This document shows, one piece after another, positions 1-8,673 of a DNA stretch of 16,681 nt; position 1 is the stretch's first letter, and each line of letters opens with the position of its first letter. Both the position numbers and the translations under genes were made by a program. The notes under the pieces are model-generated. The model did not search any database. It saw only the letters and a list, made by a program, of their open reading frames with translations, and was not told the DNA's origin. The DNA comes from Candidatus Eiseniibacteriota bacterium (GTDB lineage: Bacteria; Arandabacterota; Arandabacteria; Arandabacterales; Arandabacteraceae), in the NCBI GenBank assembly GCA_043810925.1, contig JBDRNT010000107.1, positions 1-16,681 on the forward strand. The letters are read 5' to 3'.

Positions 1-72
1 AAGGAGCTCACATTGCGTTCCCAACACCAAGACGTTAGGGACGCCGCAAATGAGGTCACAAAACGCTTAATT

Positions 73-1416
73 TCAAGACCTGACTCCGAGGATTCGTCTC
101 ATCAGGAGGATGGTGGCGAGGGCGCCGAGGAAGAAGGATACGGCTATACCGGTGAACATGCCGGGGAGGCCGAAGAAGTGCGAGCCGACGAGCGCGAGGG
201 GAATATAGAACGCGAACATGTGTGCGATCGTAAGCCCTGCTGCAAGGAGCGGCTTACGAAGAACATTTAGCACCGCCGCCGCCAGTATGATCATCCCGTA
301 GACACCGTAACCCGTAGGCACGATCCTGAGATAGAGCGTGGTCGTTGAGACCACCACGGGATTGGAGTTAAAGATGCGCGCAACCGGCGCCGCCCAGACC
401 GCGAGAACCGCGAACATCAGCGTTCCCCAGACCAGCGACATCTTGTTACTGACACTCACCCCCGAGGCCACGCGATCCTGCCTGCCCGCCCCCCAGTTCT
501 GTCCGACAAAGGGCATAAGTACGCTCGAAAGAGCCCTCACGATGGTGAGAGCGAAGAACTCGATACGCGTCGCCACACCGAATCCGGCTACGGCTTCCGC
601 CCCGTATGATGCCACGAGCCTGGTCGCGACACCCATTGCAATCGGGAGTATGATCCGCGTCGTGGCCGTCGGTATACCGATAAAGAGGATGCACTTCCAC
701 GAATCGATGACCGTCCTGAGCGCGGGGACGGCCCTTGTCAGCATCTTATCCCTGTGCCCCAGGACCCATAGAGCGACAGTGAAGGTGGTTGCCCTGGCAA
801 AAACGGTCGCAAGCGCCGCACCGGCAATCTCGAGCCTCGGGAAAGGCCCGAGCCCGAAGATGAGAATCGGATCCAGTGCGGTATTCACCGCAACTGCAAC
901 CAGCATGATGATGCTCGGTGTCTTGGTGTCACCGGTAGCACGGATCGCGTTGTTTCCAACCATGGGAATCACCACGAATCCCACTCCGAGATACCAGATC
1001 CTCATGTACTGCCGGACCATGGGGAGTGTCCGTGCAGTCGCCCCCAGCATCCGGAATACAGGATCGATGGTAAGCAGACCGAGGACCACAAAGCACATGA
1101 CCACAACCACCGAGAGTATAAGGCTGTCGGTGGTCAGCCGCTTCACCCTGTAGTGATCACCCTCCCCTATCGCACGTGATATCACGGCCGATGCACCTGT
1201 CCCGAGCCCGAGTGCAAGACTGTTGATGACAATAATCACCGGAAAGGTGAAACTGAGGGCGGCGAGCTCATCCGTGCCCAGCCTACCGACAAAGAAGGTG
1301 TCGACTAAGTTAAAGGCGACCATGCCGATCATGCCGAAGATCATAGGTAACGTAAGCCGGATGAGCGTCTTTCCAACCGGACCCTCGACCAGCACGGCCT
1401 TGTTCGCTTGCCCCAT
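73..1416 (-). CDS. MATE family efflux transporter (447 aa)
   Basis: About 12 hydrophobic segments in two repeated halves. Typical MATE motifs: LTLPMIFGM..FNLVDTFFVGRLG..LAA, RATGDTKTP, N..LDPILIFG...LEIAGAALATV, G..AVAGFG, GQNWGAG. Confidence 0.95.
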   Translation of the reverse strand: MGQANKAVLVEGPVGKTLIRLTLPMIFGMIGMVAFNLVDTFFVGRLGTDELAALSFTFPVIIVINSLALGLGTGASAVISRAIGEGDHYRVKRLTTDSLILSVVVVMCFVVLGLLTIDPVFRMLGATARTLPMVRQYMRIWYLGVGFVVIPMVGNNAIRATGDTKTPSIIMLVAVAVNTALDPILIFGLGPFPRLEIAGAALATVFARATTFTVALWVLGHRDKMLTRAVPALRTVIDSWKCILFIGIPTATTRIILPIAMGVATRLVASYGAEAVAGFGVATRIEFFALTIVRALSSVLMPFVGQNWGAGRQDRVASGVSVSNKMSLVWGTLMFAVLAVWAAPVARIFNSNPVVVSTTTLYLRIVPTGYGVYGMIILAAAVLNVLRKPLLAAGLTIAHMFAFYIPLALVGSHFFGLPGMFTGIAVSFFLGALATILLMRRILGVRS

Positions 1417-1452
1417 GTTTGGGAGTATAAAGGCATCGGCACATTATGGCAT
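1417..1452 (-). promoter_or_regulatory. Putative sigma70-type promoter for a leaderless MATE transcript
   Basis: The minus strand reads ATGCCA (1452-1447), 17 nt, TATACT (1429-1424), 7 nt (CCCAAAC), ATG (1416). There is no Shine-Dalgarno between the -10 box and the start codon. Confidence 0.5.
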
Positions 1453-1506
1453 CTAAAGAATTGCATTTGAGATGCTGATTTGAGATAAAGTAAATAGAGA
1501 AACCAT

Positions 1507-1512
1507 AGGAGG
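1507..1512 (+). promoter_or_regulatory. Shine-Dalgarno site for the 98-aa ORF
   Basis: AGGAGG, 6 nt upstream of ATG 1519. Confidence 0.85.
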
Positions 1513-1518
1513 CGTTAT

Positions 1519-1815
1519 ATGCCGAAGTTCGAAAAGATCCTCGTTGTCAACAGCCAGATTGAAGCGAAGATCCTTGAAGGAGTCCTCAAGGAACACGACA
1601 TACCGCATCTCATTAAGTCGTATCACGATTCCGCATACGACGGGTTATTCCAAGCCCAGAAGGGTTGGGGCCACATAGCCGCCCCCGCTGAATACAAGGA
1701 CGAAATAAAGGCCCTTTACAAGGGTGTACAGGAGCGGATCCTCATCGAAGAGGAAGAGCTAAACCAGGAGCCCGGAAATGGCGACGAATCTAACGAAGGC
1801 CCGACCTTCGCGTAG
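1519..1815 (+). CDS. Small DUF2007-like (putative signal-transducing, PII-like fold) protein, 98 aa
   Basis: Strong RBS. Pattern 'N.IEA.IL.GVL.EHDIP..IKSY.DSAYDGLFQ...GWG.I.....Y...I..L' resembles DUF2007-type proteins; acidic C-terminal tail. Family assigned by recognition only. Confidence 0.65.
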   Translation: MPKFEKILVVNSQIEAKILEGVLKEHDIPHLIKSYHDSAYDGLFQAQKGWGHIAAPAEYKDEIKALYKGVQERILIEEEELNQEPGNGDESNEGPTFA

Positions 1816-1990
1816 GGCCCTCTAACGCTCCCGGATGGCTCCTGTGGGCGCTACTGCGGCGCGAGAGGTCGCGTAACGGAACAAGCATATCTATTAGGGG
1901 TTATATGAAGATAGCGGGGACTATCTTACTGCGCCAACTTCCCTCCCGGCGCTTTGATTCTGTCTACGGTACATACGAGGATCCGGTGTT

Positions 1991-4900
1991 ATGAGATGCC
2001 CGGAGTGTAGAACCGATAATTCCGATACAAGCCGCTTCTGCATGAGCTGCGGCACGAGGCTCGCCAGGCAGTCGGACTCACATCTGTCCGACACTCAGGC
2101 TATGAAGACCTACGAGGTGAGCTCGGCCGAGGGAGAGACCTTCGCAGGCAAGTATCGCATTATCGGGGACCTGGGCCGAGGCGGCATGGGTGTCATCTAT
2201 AAGGCGGAAGACATCAAGCTTAAGCGGCCCGTGGTGCTTAAGTTGCTGCCGCCGGAGCTCACCCGCGACACCGAAGCCCGGCAACGCTTCATGCAGGAGG
2301 CGCGCGCGGCATCTGCTTTGGATCACGCCAACATCTGCACCATCTACGAGATTGATGAAACCGAGGACGGTCAGATGTATATCGCCATGGCGTATTACCC
2401 GGGTAAGACCCTAAAAGAGAAGATCGAGCACGGACGGCTCAAAGTGAAAGAGACCGTCGAAATAGCCATACAGATCGCCGGAGGCTTGGCACGAGCCCAT
2501 GAAGCGGGAATAGTCCATCGCGATATAAAGCCCGCGAACATCATTGTCACGGATCGGGGCGAAGTTAAGATTCTGGATTTCGGTCTTGCGAAGCTGGCCG
2601 GACAGCAGGATCTGACGCAGGTAGGCATAGCGATGGGCACCGTTATTTATATGTCACCCGAGCAGGCGCGCGGCGAGGAGACCGATGGCCGGACCGATAT
2701 CTGGGCCCTGGGCGTAGTCCTCTATGAAGTGCTCAGCGGACGGCAACCCTTCCGAGGCGATCGTGACCAGGCTGTTGTTTATTCCATCCTAAACGAGGAT
2801 CCCGAGCGGCTTTCATCGATCCGGCCCGATGTACCGGCGACACTCGAACGGATTGTCCACAAGGCCATGACCAAGCCGATGGCGGGCAGATATCCCGGCG
2901 CAGAGAACTTACTGAGCGATCTAAAGGACCTTAAGACCACCGGGGGTGCGGGTGCTCAGGCTGAGACCGCAAGGGTCGCGGTCGCCGAGTCCAGGGCCGT
3001 GCCGCTCTCCGACCAGAAGCCGATCGCGGTCATAAGTTTTGAGAATCTGACCGGTGACCCCGCATACGACTACCTGCGGAAGGCGATCCCCAACCTGCTT
3101 ATCACAAGTCTTGAGCAATCCAAGTACCTGCGAGTTCTCACCTGGGAAAGGATGTACGATCTCCTCAAGCAGTTGGGGAAGGAACAGACAGAGATCATAG
3201 ACCGTGATCTGGGCTTTGAGCTCTGCCGGATGGAGGGTGTGGATTCCATCGTTGTCGGGAGTTATGTCAAGGCCGGTGACATGTTCGCCACAGACGTCAA
3301 GGTGCTGGACGTGGACACAAAGAACCTCGTCAAGAGCGCGAGTTCAAAGGGCGATGGTGTCGACAGCATCCTCAGGGAACAGATAGATGCGCTGAGCCGA
3401 GAAGTCTCAACCGGACTCGGAGTACTGGATACCACCAGGGCCCGGGGCTTGCCAATCGCGGAAGTTGCGACGGCATCGATGGAGGCATATAACTGGTTCC
3501 TCAAAGGCATAGAAGAGTACGAGAAGCTATACAACGATGAAGCGCGCCGGTCGCTTGAGAATGCCGTAGAGCTCGATCCCACATTCGCGGCTGCGTACCT
3601 TTACCTCGCCTGGACACATAACAGGCTACGCGAGGTGAAGGCCGAGCACAAGGCTTTCGAGAAAGCCAAGACATATGCAGGCAAGGCGACCAGGAAACAG
3701 AGGTTGTACATCGAAGCCGAATATGCACGCGCCATAGAGCAGGATGAGGATAAGCGACTTCGGTTACTCAAGCAGATCGCGGAACGCTATCCCGATGAGA
3801 AACGGGCACGCCACTTGATCGCGGCCCATTACAGGGCAAGGAACCACCTCTATCAGGCTGTGGAGGAGTATAAGAAGGTACTTGAGCTCGATCCCAACTA
3901 CGGATGGGCTATGAACGAGCTGGCATACATGTATGCGGATACCGAGGCTTTTGATAAGGCCGCCGAGTATCTCGAACGCTATGCGACCGTGTCCCCCGGC
4001 GATGCGAACCCGATTGATTCGATGGGCGAGCTCTACTTCAGAATGGGCAAGCTCGACGAGGCTATTGCGAAGTACAAGGAGGCTCTTGAGCTGAAGCCTG
4101 ACTTCTACTATGCCTACTGGGAGATCGCTTACATCGAGGCGCTCAAGGAGGACTATGAGGAGACTCTCGCCTGGGTAGACCGCTTTATAGAAAAATCTCC
4201 ATCTCCCGCTACAAGGGCAGGCGGTATCCTGTGGAAATGCTTCTATCTCTATTGGCGTGGCAGTCTGGACCGGGCGCTTGAGGAAGCCCAGAAGACAGCG
4301 GACCTGGCAGAGGAATCCGGTAACAAGCTGTGGAGGGTGGAGGCCGACCGGATGCGCGGGTGGATTTGCCACGATAAGGGCGCACTTGAGCTGAGCCGCA
4401 AGTGTTTCCAGAATTGCATTGATTCGGTTAAGGCTGAACCGAGGGCGTATGTTCCGGTTTCCACGAGCTACTCCACGGGTCTTGTGGAAGAGACCCGCAA
4501 ACTGACGGCCTCTTTTGACTTCTCACTCGCCCTGGTGGATCTAAGAGAAGGCGATGTTGAGGCGGCACGGACAAGACTGGAACGGATCAAACCCTTGCTG
4601 CCCGATTATTACTGTCTGCTCCACGGCGAACTCCTGCTGGCCGAGGACACACCTGATAAAGCCATCACCGTATGCGAAAAAGCGCAGCGTTGGAAGATAC
4701 CGTACATGAGCGACCGCGACAGCATGCTGACCTACAATCTGCCACCGCTTAAGGACGCTCTTGCGCGTGCCTTCCTCAACAAGGGTGATCTTGGTCGGGC
4801 GACAGACGAGTACGAAAGGCTGACCACCATGCGCGAGGGGACCGGCGAACGTCAGCTCATACATCCGAAGTACCATTTCCGCCTGGCGGAATTATACAGT

Positions 4901-5032
4901 GAGACGGGACAGGCGGACAGGGCGCTTACGGAATACGAGCACTTCCTCGATCTCTGGAAACATGCGGATCCCTCCTACCGCGAAATCAGGGTCGCCCGGG
5001 ACTGTGTCCGGCGGGCTGAGAGACAGACATAG
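1991..5032 (+). CDS. Hanks-type Ser/Thr protein kinase with N-terminal zinc ribbon, TolB_N/FlgO-like domain and C-terminal TPR array (1013 aa)
   Basis: CPEC...CMSC zinc ribbon. Intact kinase motifs GRGGMG, VVLK, HRDIKPAN, DFG, GT..YMSPE, DIWALG. 'IAVISFENLTGD' alpha/beta domain. Many TPR-like repeats (A.ELDP.FA.AY, LELDPNY.WA, ALELKPDF..AY). No signal peptide or TM helix seen. GAGG at 1977-1980. Confidence 0.93.
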   Translation: MRCPECRTDNSDTSRFCMSCGTRLARQSDSHLSDTQAMKTYEVSSAEGETFAGKYRIIGDLGRGGMGVIYKAEDIKLKRPVVLKLLPPELTRDTEARQRFMQEARAASALDHANICTIYEIDETEDGQMYIAMAYYPGKTLKEKIEHGRLKVKETVEIAIQIAGGLARAHEAGIVHRDIKPANIIVTDRGEVKILDFGLAKLAGQQDLTQVGIAMGTVIYMSPEQARGEETDGRTDIWALGVVLYEVLSGRQPFRGDRDQAVVYSILNEDPERLSSIRPDVPATLERIVHKAMTKPMAGRYPGAENLLSDLKDLKTTGGAGAQAETARVAVAESRAVPLSDQKPIAVISFENLTGDPAYDYLRKAIPNLLITSLEQSKYLRVLTWERMYDLLKQLGKEQTEIIDRDLGFELCRMEGVDSIVVGSYVKAGDMFATDVKVLDVDTKNLVKSASSKGDGVDSILREQIDALSREVSTGLGVLDTTRARGLPIAEVATASMEAYNWFLKGIEEYEKLYNDEARRSLENAVELDPTFAAAYLYLAWTHNRLREVKAEHKAFEKAKTYAGKATRKQRLYIEAEYARAIEQDEDKRLRLLKQIAERYPDEKRARHLIAAHYRARNHLYQAVEEYKKVLELDPNYGWAMNELAYMYADTEAFDKAAEYLERYATVSPGDANPIDSMGELYFRMGKLDEAIAKYKEALELKPDFYYAYWEIAYIEALKEDYEETLAWVDRFIEKSPSPATRAGGILWKCFYLYWRGSLDRALEEAQKTADLAEESGNKLWRVEADRMRGWICHDKGALELSRKCFQNCIDSVKAEPRAYVPVSTSYSTGLVEETRKLTASFDFSLALVDLREGDVEAARTRLERIKPLLPDYYCLLHGELLLAEDTPDKAITVCEKAQRWKIPYMSDRDSMLTYNLPPLKDALARAFLNKGDLGRATDEYERLTTMREGTGERQLIHPKYHFRLAELYSETGQADRALTEYEHFLDLWKHADPSYREIRVARDCVRRAERQT

Positions 5033-5054
5033 ATCCCCACGCTCCGCAGGTTTC

Positions 5055-5185
5055 TGTGTCACTGCGAGGAATGAAGTGACGAAGCAATCCCCTTGGTGTG
5101 CATCAGACGAGATTGCCGCGGCTTCTTTGGAGCCTCGCAACGACACATCCATGTGTCGGATCGTCACGCCGCGCCCGCGATGACA
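5055..5185. repeat. Palindromic REP/RPE-like intergenic element plus a degenerate second right arm; possible bidirectional terminator
   Basis: Outer inverted repeat TGTGTCACTGCGAGG (5055-5069) / CCTCGCAACGACACA (5133-5147), 13/15 complementary. Inner GCAATC (5084-5089) / GATTGC (5111-5116). Resembles the widespread GTCATTGCGAGG..GACGAAGCAATC..GAGATTGC..CTCGCAATGAC palindrome family. Lies between convergent stop codons. Confidence 0.75.
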
Positions 5186-5196
5186 TAGCCTTGATG

Positions 5197-8100
5197 TTAC
5201 TTTATGCGGAGACGGAAACGGATCGAGAAGCTCGGGTTGTTCCCCCCACTTGCAGCGTTGAACTGCCCCTTGAGTTTGATTTCGAAGCTGACGACGGCGC
5301 TGTCATAACCGTCGGGGTCCGGTGAGGGGAAGTATTCGCCGGATGAATCGTAGAAGATGATATCATCCAGTACGCTGTCAAGAGCGATAAAGGTATAGGT
5401 GAGACCGCTTGCAGTGGTGCCGTCCGTAAACTCCACAGGACCTGAGCCTGCGACCGTGAGATCATCTACGTAGAGCTCCGTATTCGCGGGGATCGAATCC
5501 GTGAGAACCACTGTGTCGTTATCGGTGGGACCGTTACCCTGGTTAAAGGCGGCGATCGTGCAATCAACTTCGGCACCGGGTATCGCCTTGGGATTCACGC
5601 CTCCGCTAAACGGGTCGGAATAGGTATCCACCGACTTGGCCATTACGATGTCGGGCGAGAGTCTCGTCACAGGGTCGGTCACACCGAACTCGGAGGTGTT
5701 ACCGTTACTGTCGGTTGCCGTCGCAGTAACAGGGTCGCCGTCGCTCAGGGAAACGGCAGCCGGGACTGTGAGATCGGCGGTGAATGTACCGTCGGCATTT
5801 GTCGTGAAACTCCCGATATAATAGCGCCCCTCGCCGTGGGGCACGCTCTGCCCGTCGCCGGCTTCGATTTCGCCATTGTTGTTGCCGTCATCGTCTGCCT
5901 TGAACACTTCGACGGTGTGCGTACCGGCCAGAGGACTGGCCGCTGTGCCGACATAGCCCTCGACATGGAGAACGGGGCCCGCGAGCGTGACAAGGGTGAA
6001 TACGGGATAGTCGAACCCGTCGTTCTGTTCGCCGATCACCCACACTCCATCATTGGGAGTCACACCGTCCCCGTTGGGATTACCGACAAGAGTCGTCTGG
6101 TCGAGATCGATACTGATGCTGCCGTTACCATAGGTTGCGTTCTTGGAAATCGTATTGTCGGCCGATGCCCCGGCAGTCCCCCTCGGTACGACAATCCCGG
6201 CCCCGACGGCACCCGTTATGACATTGTAACGAATCTGGTTGCCCGTGCCGAAAACGCGGATACCACCCGTTTCGCCCTGTGCGCCCACAATCCCCGTGTT
6301 TAGGACCGTGTTGTGCTCGAAAGTGTAAGGACCGGGAGCCTGCCAGGATTCGAGACCATAGGCCGTCACCGTCTCGACGCGGTTCGCTCTGATCGTAATA
6401 GCCTGCCCGCTGCTTCCTTCAACCGAGACACCGTCACCCAACGGGAAGTCAAAGCCGATGTCGTAGATATCGTTCCAACCGGTGAGTGAAGTGTTCTGGA
6501 GCATGATGCCGGAAGAACGGATATGTGCCACTAAATTGGCTATTACTGAGGCCGTACCACCCGTGACGTCTACTCCTGTGGTCAAGCGTAAGCCAGCGCC
6601 GGGATCGGTGCCGTCAGCCCGTGTGCCTATGAAGTTCAATATGATCCAGCTACTGGTTCCACCGGTCACGAGCATTCCGCAGTTGTCCGGAGCACCAAGG
6701 ATGGCTAAGCTCTGCACGATGATGTTATTGCCGGCCACCTGGAGAACATCGCCGAAGCCCCCGCCATTGATCTCAAGCTCTGGCCTTTGGTATTGGGGCA
6801 GGGTGAGCTCATCCCCGGTGCCTTCGATACCGTCGACACCGGTACCTACGCTCTGGCCACTGTGCCCGGCCGTACCCGGATTGAGATCGCGCACGGTAGT
6901 ACCATCGACATAGCTACGGGCAATCCCGTTAAGCGTTGTGGCGCCGTCCGTTATCGGGGGCAGGGCAGATGTGAGGACTGCCGTCCACCAGTCTCCACCG
7001 CTTCCGCTTGTGGTTGTGGAGGCAACCGGCACAAAGCGCATGGCGTTTGGACCTGCAACGGCGTTAGCATTCTGGAGTAACTGGCGCAGACTTCCCTGCA
7101 CCGACCGGTTGGCTCCAAGATCGTCATCGCCGTCACGGACGTGCGTGACCACATTGAAACTCATACCGAAGTCGACGGCCCCTCTGTCGCTGGTGGTCAC
7201 GGTCACCCTCGTCACATGCTCTGCCGTGCCAAGGTTTGCAGCATTGTCCGATGTGCTGCCGTTTCGTCCACCATAACAGGGTCCGGAAATCGGAAGCACA
7301 ATGAACCCGCTCAGGCCGTCAGGATCATCGCACAAAGTACCCCCTGCACCATATGTTTGCTCGGCCCAAACATCACCCTGGACGAAACCTCCGCCCAGGC
7401 CTGTATTCGGTGAAACTGTCTTCGAGTCGAGAACTATCCAGTAGCTTGCGGCCCACAAGCCGCTGAAAGTGTACGAACCGGCGATGTCGGTTACTGTGCT
7501 TGCGATGAGCACATCATCTGTACCGTTGGCAAGTCCGTCCCCCCCATCTCGATAAAGGCGAACCGTCGCTCCCGGCGTAGCGGGGTTTCCGACATCACCA
7601 GGTAACTGCAGACCCGCCAGGGCATCCCCCACAAGGTCTTCGAAGACAGTTCCGGATACGGAGTGGCAACCACCCGGCTCCTCAAGCCCTACGGAGTACA
7701 CTGGCTCATTGGAAACGTAGTTGCCCACGGCGATCCAGTCGATATAGTAGTACCAACCACCCCGCATAGTGACAAGGGTGAAAGAGGAATATGTTGCATC
7801 GGTCCCTGACATGGACCCTATCAGCGCATGGTTGTTATTGTACAAGGTCGCGGTGATGTTGTTAGCACCCGAACCATAGCGCGTTAGCTCCGTGATGTAC
7901 CAGTTGTCGTAAGGTTGGTTGAGGGTGGTCAGAACCGAAGATCCTCCAACTCCGCCGGTCCTCCGTTCAACGCCAAAGCTGCCTATACCCACCACGTCGG
8001 CTAGCCTCCGGATCGTATAGCCATTGAATAAGTTATCCTCCACGCCATATCGGTTCCACGTTCCGCCATCCACCTCGTTCCTGCGGTGGTCACGCGCGAT

Positions 8101-8661
8101 CAGTCGGAAATCCGAGATGGATGTGCCCATTGACTTCCATCCGCCGTTGGGGTCGTTGTTTGACTGTTTTCGGAGTACCGGGAAACCGAAAGTGCCCGCG
8201 TCCTGCACAACGCTCCCCGAACCGTAGTTGTTCCAGCCAGCCCAGGCCGTGAAGTCGTCGAAGAAGACGAATGTGGCCGGGCCGTTGCTCGTTGTAGTGA
8301 CGGCGGCATTACCGTAATACATATAAATGGTCTGCACCGACGATGCCGGCAAACTTGGTAACTCAACCCAGGCGATGGCGGATGTCGATGCGGTGTACTG
8401 CTCGATCCAGTAATCGATCTCGGTGGTGTCGTCCGACAACGTGAACCTCAAATCGGCGAAGTTGATATCCATTCCGGCTTCATAAGACACATCTATCCGG
8501 ACTTGATAATTCGTGAGATTAAGGGCGGCCTGCTCGGTAACCGTGATCGGCTTGCGGTAAGTCCAGCCACAGAGCCAGGCGGCACGCGCGAAGGTCGGGA
8601 ACAGGACACACAGCAGCGAGATGGCAAACAGCACGCCCCTCAGTCTCAGGCTTGTCCTCAT
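5197..8661 (-). CDS. Large secreted adhesin-like protein: DUF2341/lectin-like, SdrD-B-like, right-handed beta-helix, C-terminal truncated DUF11 (putative fibre tip)
   Basis: Start placed at ATG 8661 (GGAG 6 nt upstream) rather than GTG 8673. Signal peptide MRTSLRLRGVLFAISLLCVLFPTFARA. DUF2341 motifs W.YRKPITV, DLRFT, I.YWIE, IYMYYGN, F.FFDDF. SdrD-B-like VSGTVFED..PGATVRLY..TD..GSYTFSGL. GSLRQ..NAN followed by beta-helix repeats; IDL...GVTPND; TATATD..GNTSEF; DIVMAKS..PGA..LTDSIP. Confidence 0.85.
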   Translation of the reverse strand: MRTSLRLRGVLFAISLLCVLFPTFARAAWLCGWTYRKPITVTEQAALNLTNYQVRIDVSYEAGMDINFADLRFTLSDDTTEIDYWIEQYTASTSAIAWVELPSLPASSVQTIYMYYGNAAVTTTSNGPATFVFFDDFTAWAGWNNYGSGSVVQDAGTFGFPVLRKQSNNDPNGGWKSMGTSISDFRLIARDHRRNEVDGGTWNRYGVEDNLFNGYTIRRLADVVGIGSFGVERRTGGVGGSSVLTTLNQPYDNWYITELTRYGSGANNITATLYNNNHALIGSMSGTDATYSSFTLVTMRGGWYYYIDWIAVGNYVSNEPVYSVGLEEPGGCHSVSGTVFEDLVGDALAGLQLPGDVGNPATPGATVRLYRDGGDGLANGTDDVLIASTVTDIAGSYTFSGLWAASYWIVLDSKTVSPNTGLGGGFVQGDVWAEQTYGAGGTLCDDPDGLSGFIVLPISGPCYGGRNGSTSDNAANLGTAEHVTRVTVTTSDRGAVDFGMSFNVVTHVRDGDDDLGANRSVQGSLRQLLQNANAVAGPNAMRFVPVASTTTSGSGGDWWTAVLTSALPPITDGATTLNGIARSYVDGTTVRDLNPGTAGHSGQSVGTGVDGIEGTGDELTLPQYQRPELEINGGGFGDVLQVAGNNIIVQSLAILGAPDNCGMLVTGGTSSWIILNFIGTRADGTDPGAGLRLTTGVDVTGGTASVIANLVAHIRSSGIMLQNTSLTGWNDIYDIGFDFPLGDGVSVEGSSGQAITIRANRVETVTAYGLESWQAPGPYTFEHNTVLNTGIVGAQGETGGIRVFGTGNQIRYNVITGAVGAGIVVPRGTAGASADNTISKNATYGNGSISIDLDQTTLVGNPNGDGVTPNDGVWVIGEQNDGFDYPVFTLVTLAGPVLHVEGYVGTAASPLAGTHTVEVFKADDDGNNNGEIEAGDGQSVPHGEGRYYIGSFTTNADGTFTADLTVPAAVSLSDGDPVTATATDSNGNTSEFGVTDPVTRLSPDIVMAKSVDTYSDPFSGGVNPKAIPGAEVDCTIAAFNQGNGPTDNDTVVLTDSIPANTELYVDDLTVAGSGPVEFTDGTTASGLTYTFIALDSVLDDIIFYDSSGEYFPSPDPDGYDSAVVSFEIKLKGQFNAASGGNNPSFSIRFRLRIK

Positions 8662-8673
8662 ACGTGGCTCCAC

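Noticed and set aside
13-270. 85-aa plus-strand ORF preceded by AAGGAG at positions 1-6
   Set aside because: TTG start, low-complexity product, and mostly antisense overlap with the MATE 3' end; not supportable without upstream context.
338-1153. 271-aa plus-strand ORF
   Set aside because: Lies entirely antisense to the MATE gene and has no recognisable motifs; a typical shadow ORF in GC-rich DNA.
1794-1820. Small GC hairpins at the end of the 98-aa gene (CGAAGG/CCTTCG; GGCCC/GGGCC)
   Set aside because: Short stems with no U-tract, partly inside the coding sequence; not enough to call a terminator.
3764-4372. 202-aa minus-strand ORF, and the other short ORFs nested in the large genes (e.g. 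10822-11460, 5836-6303)
   Set aside because: They overlap well-supported genes on the opposite strand or in another frame and show no domain signatures.
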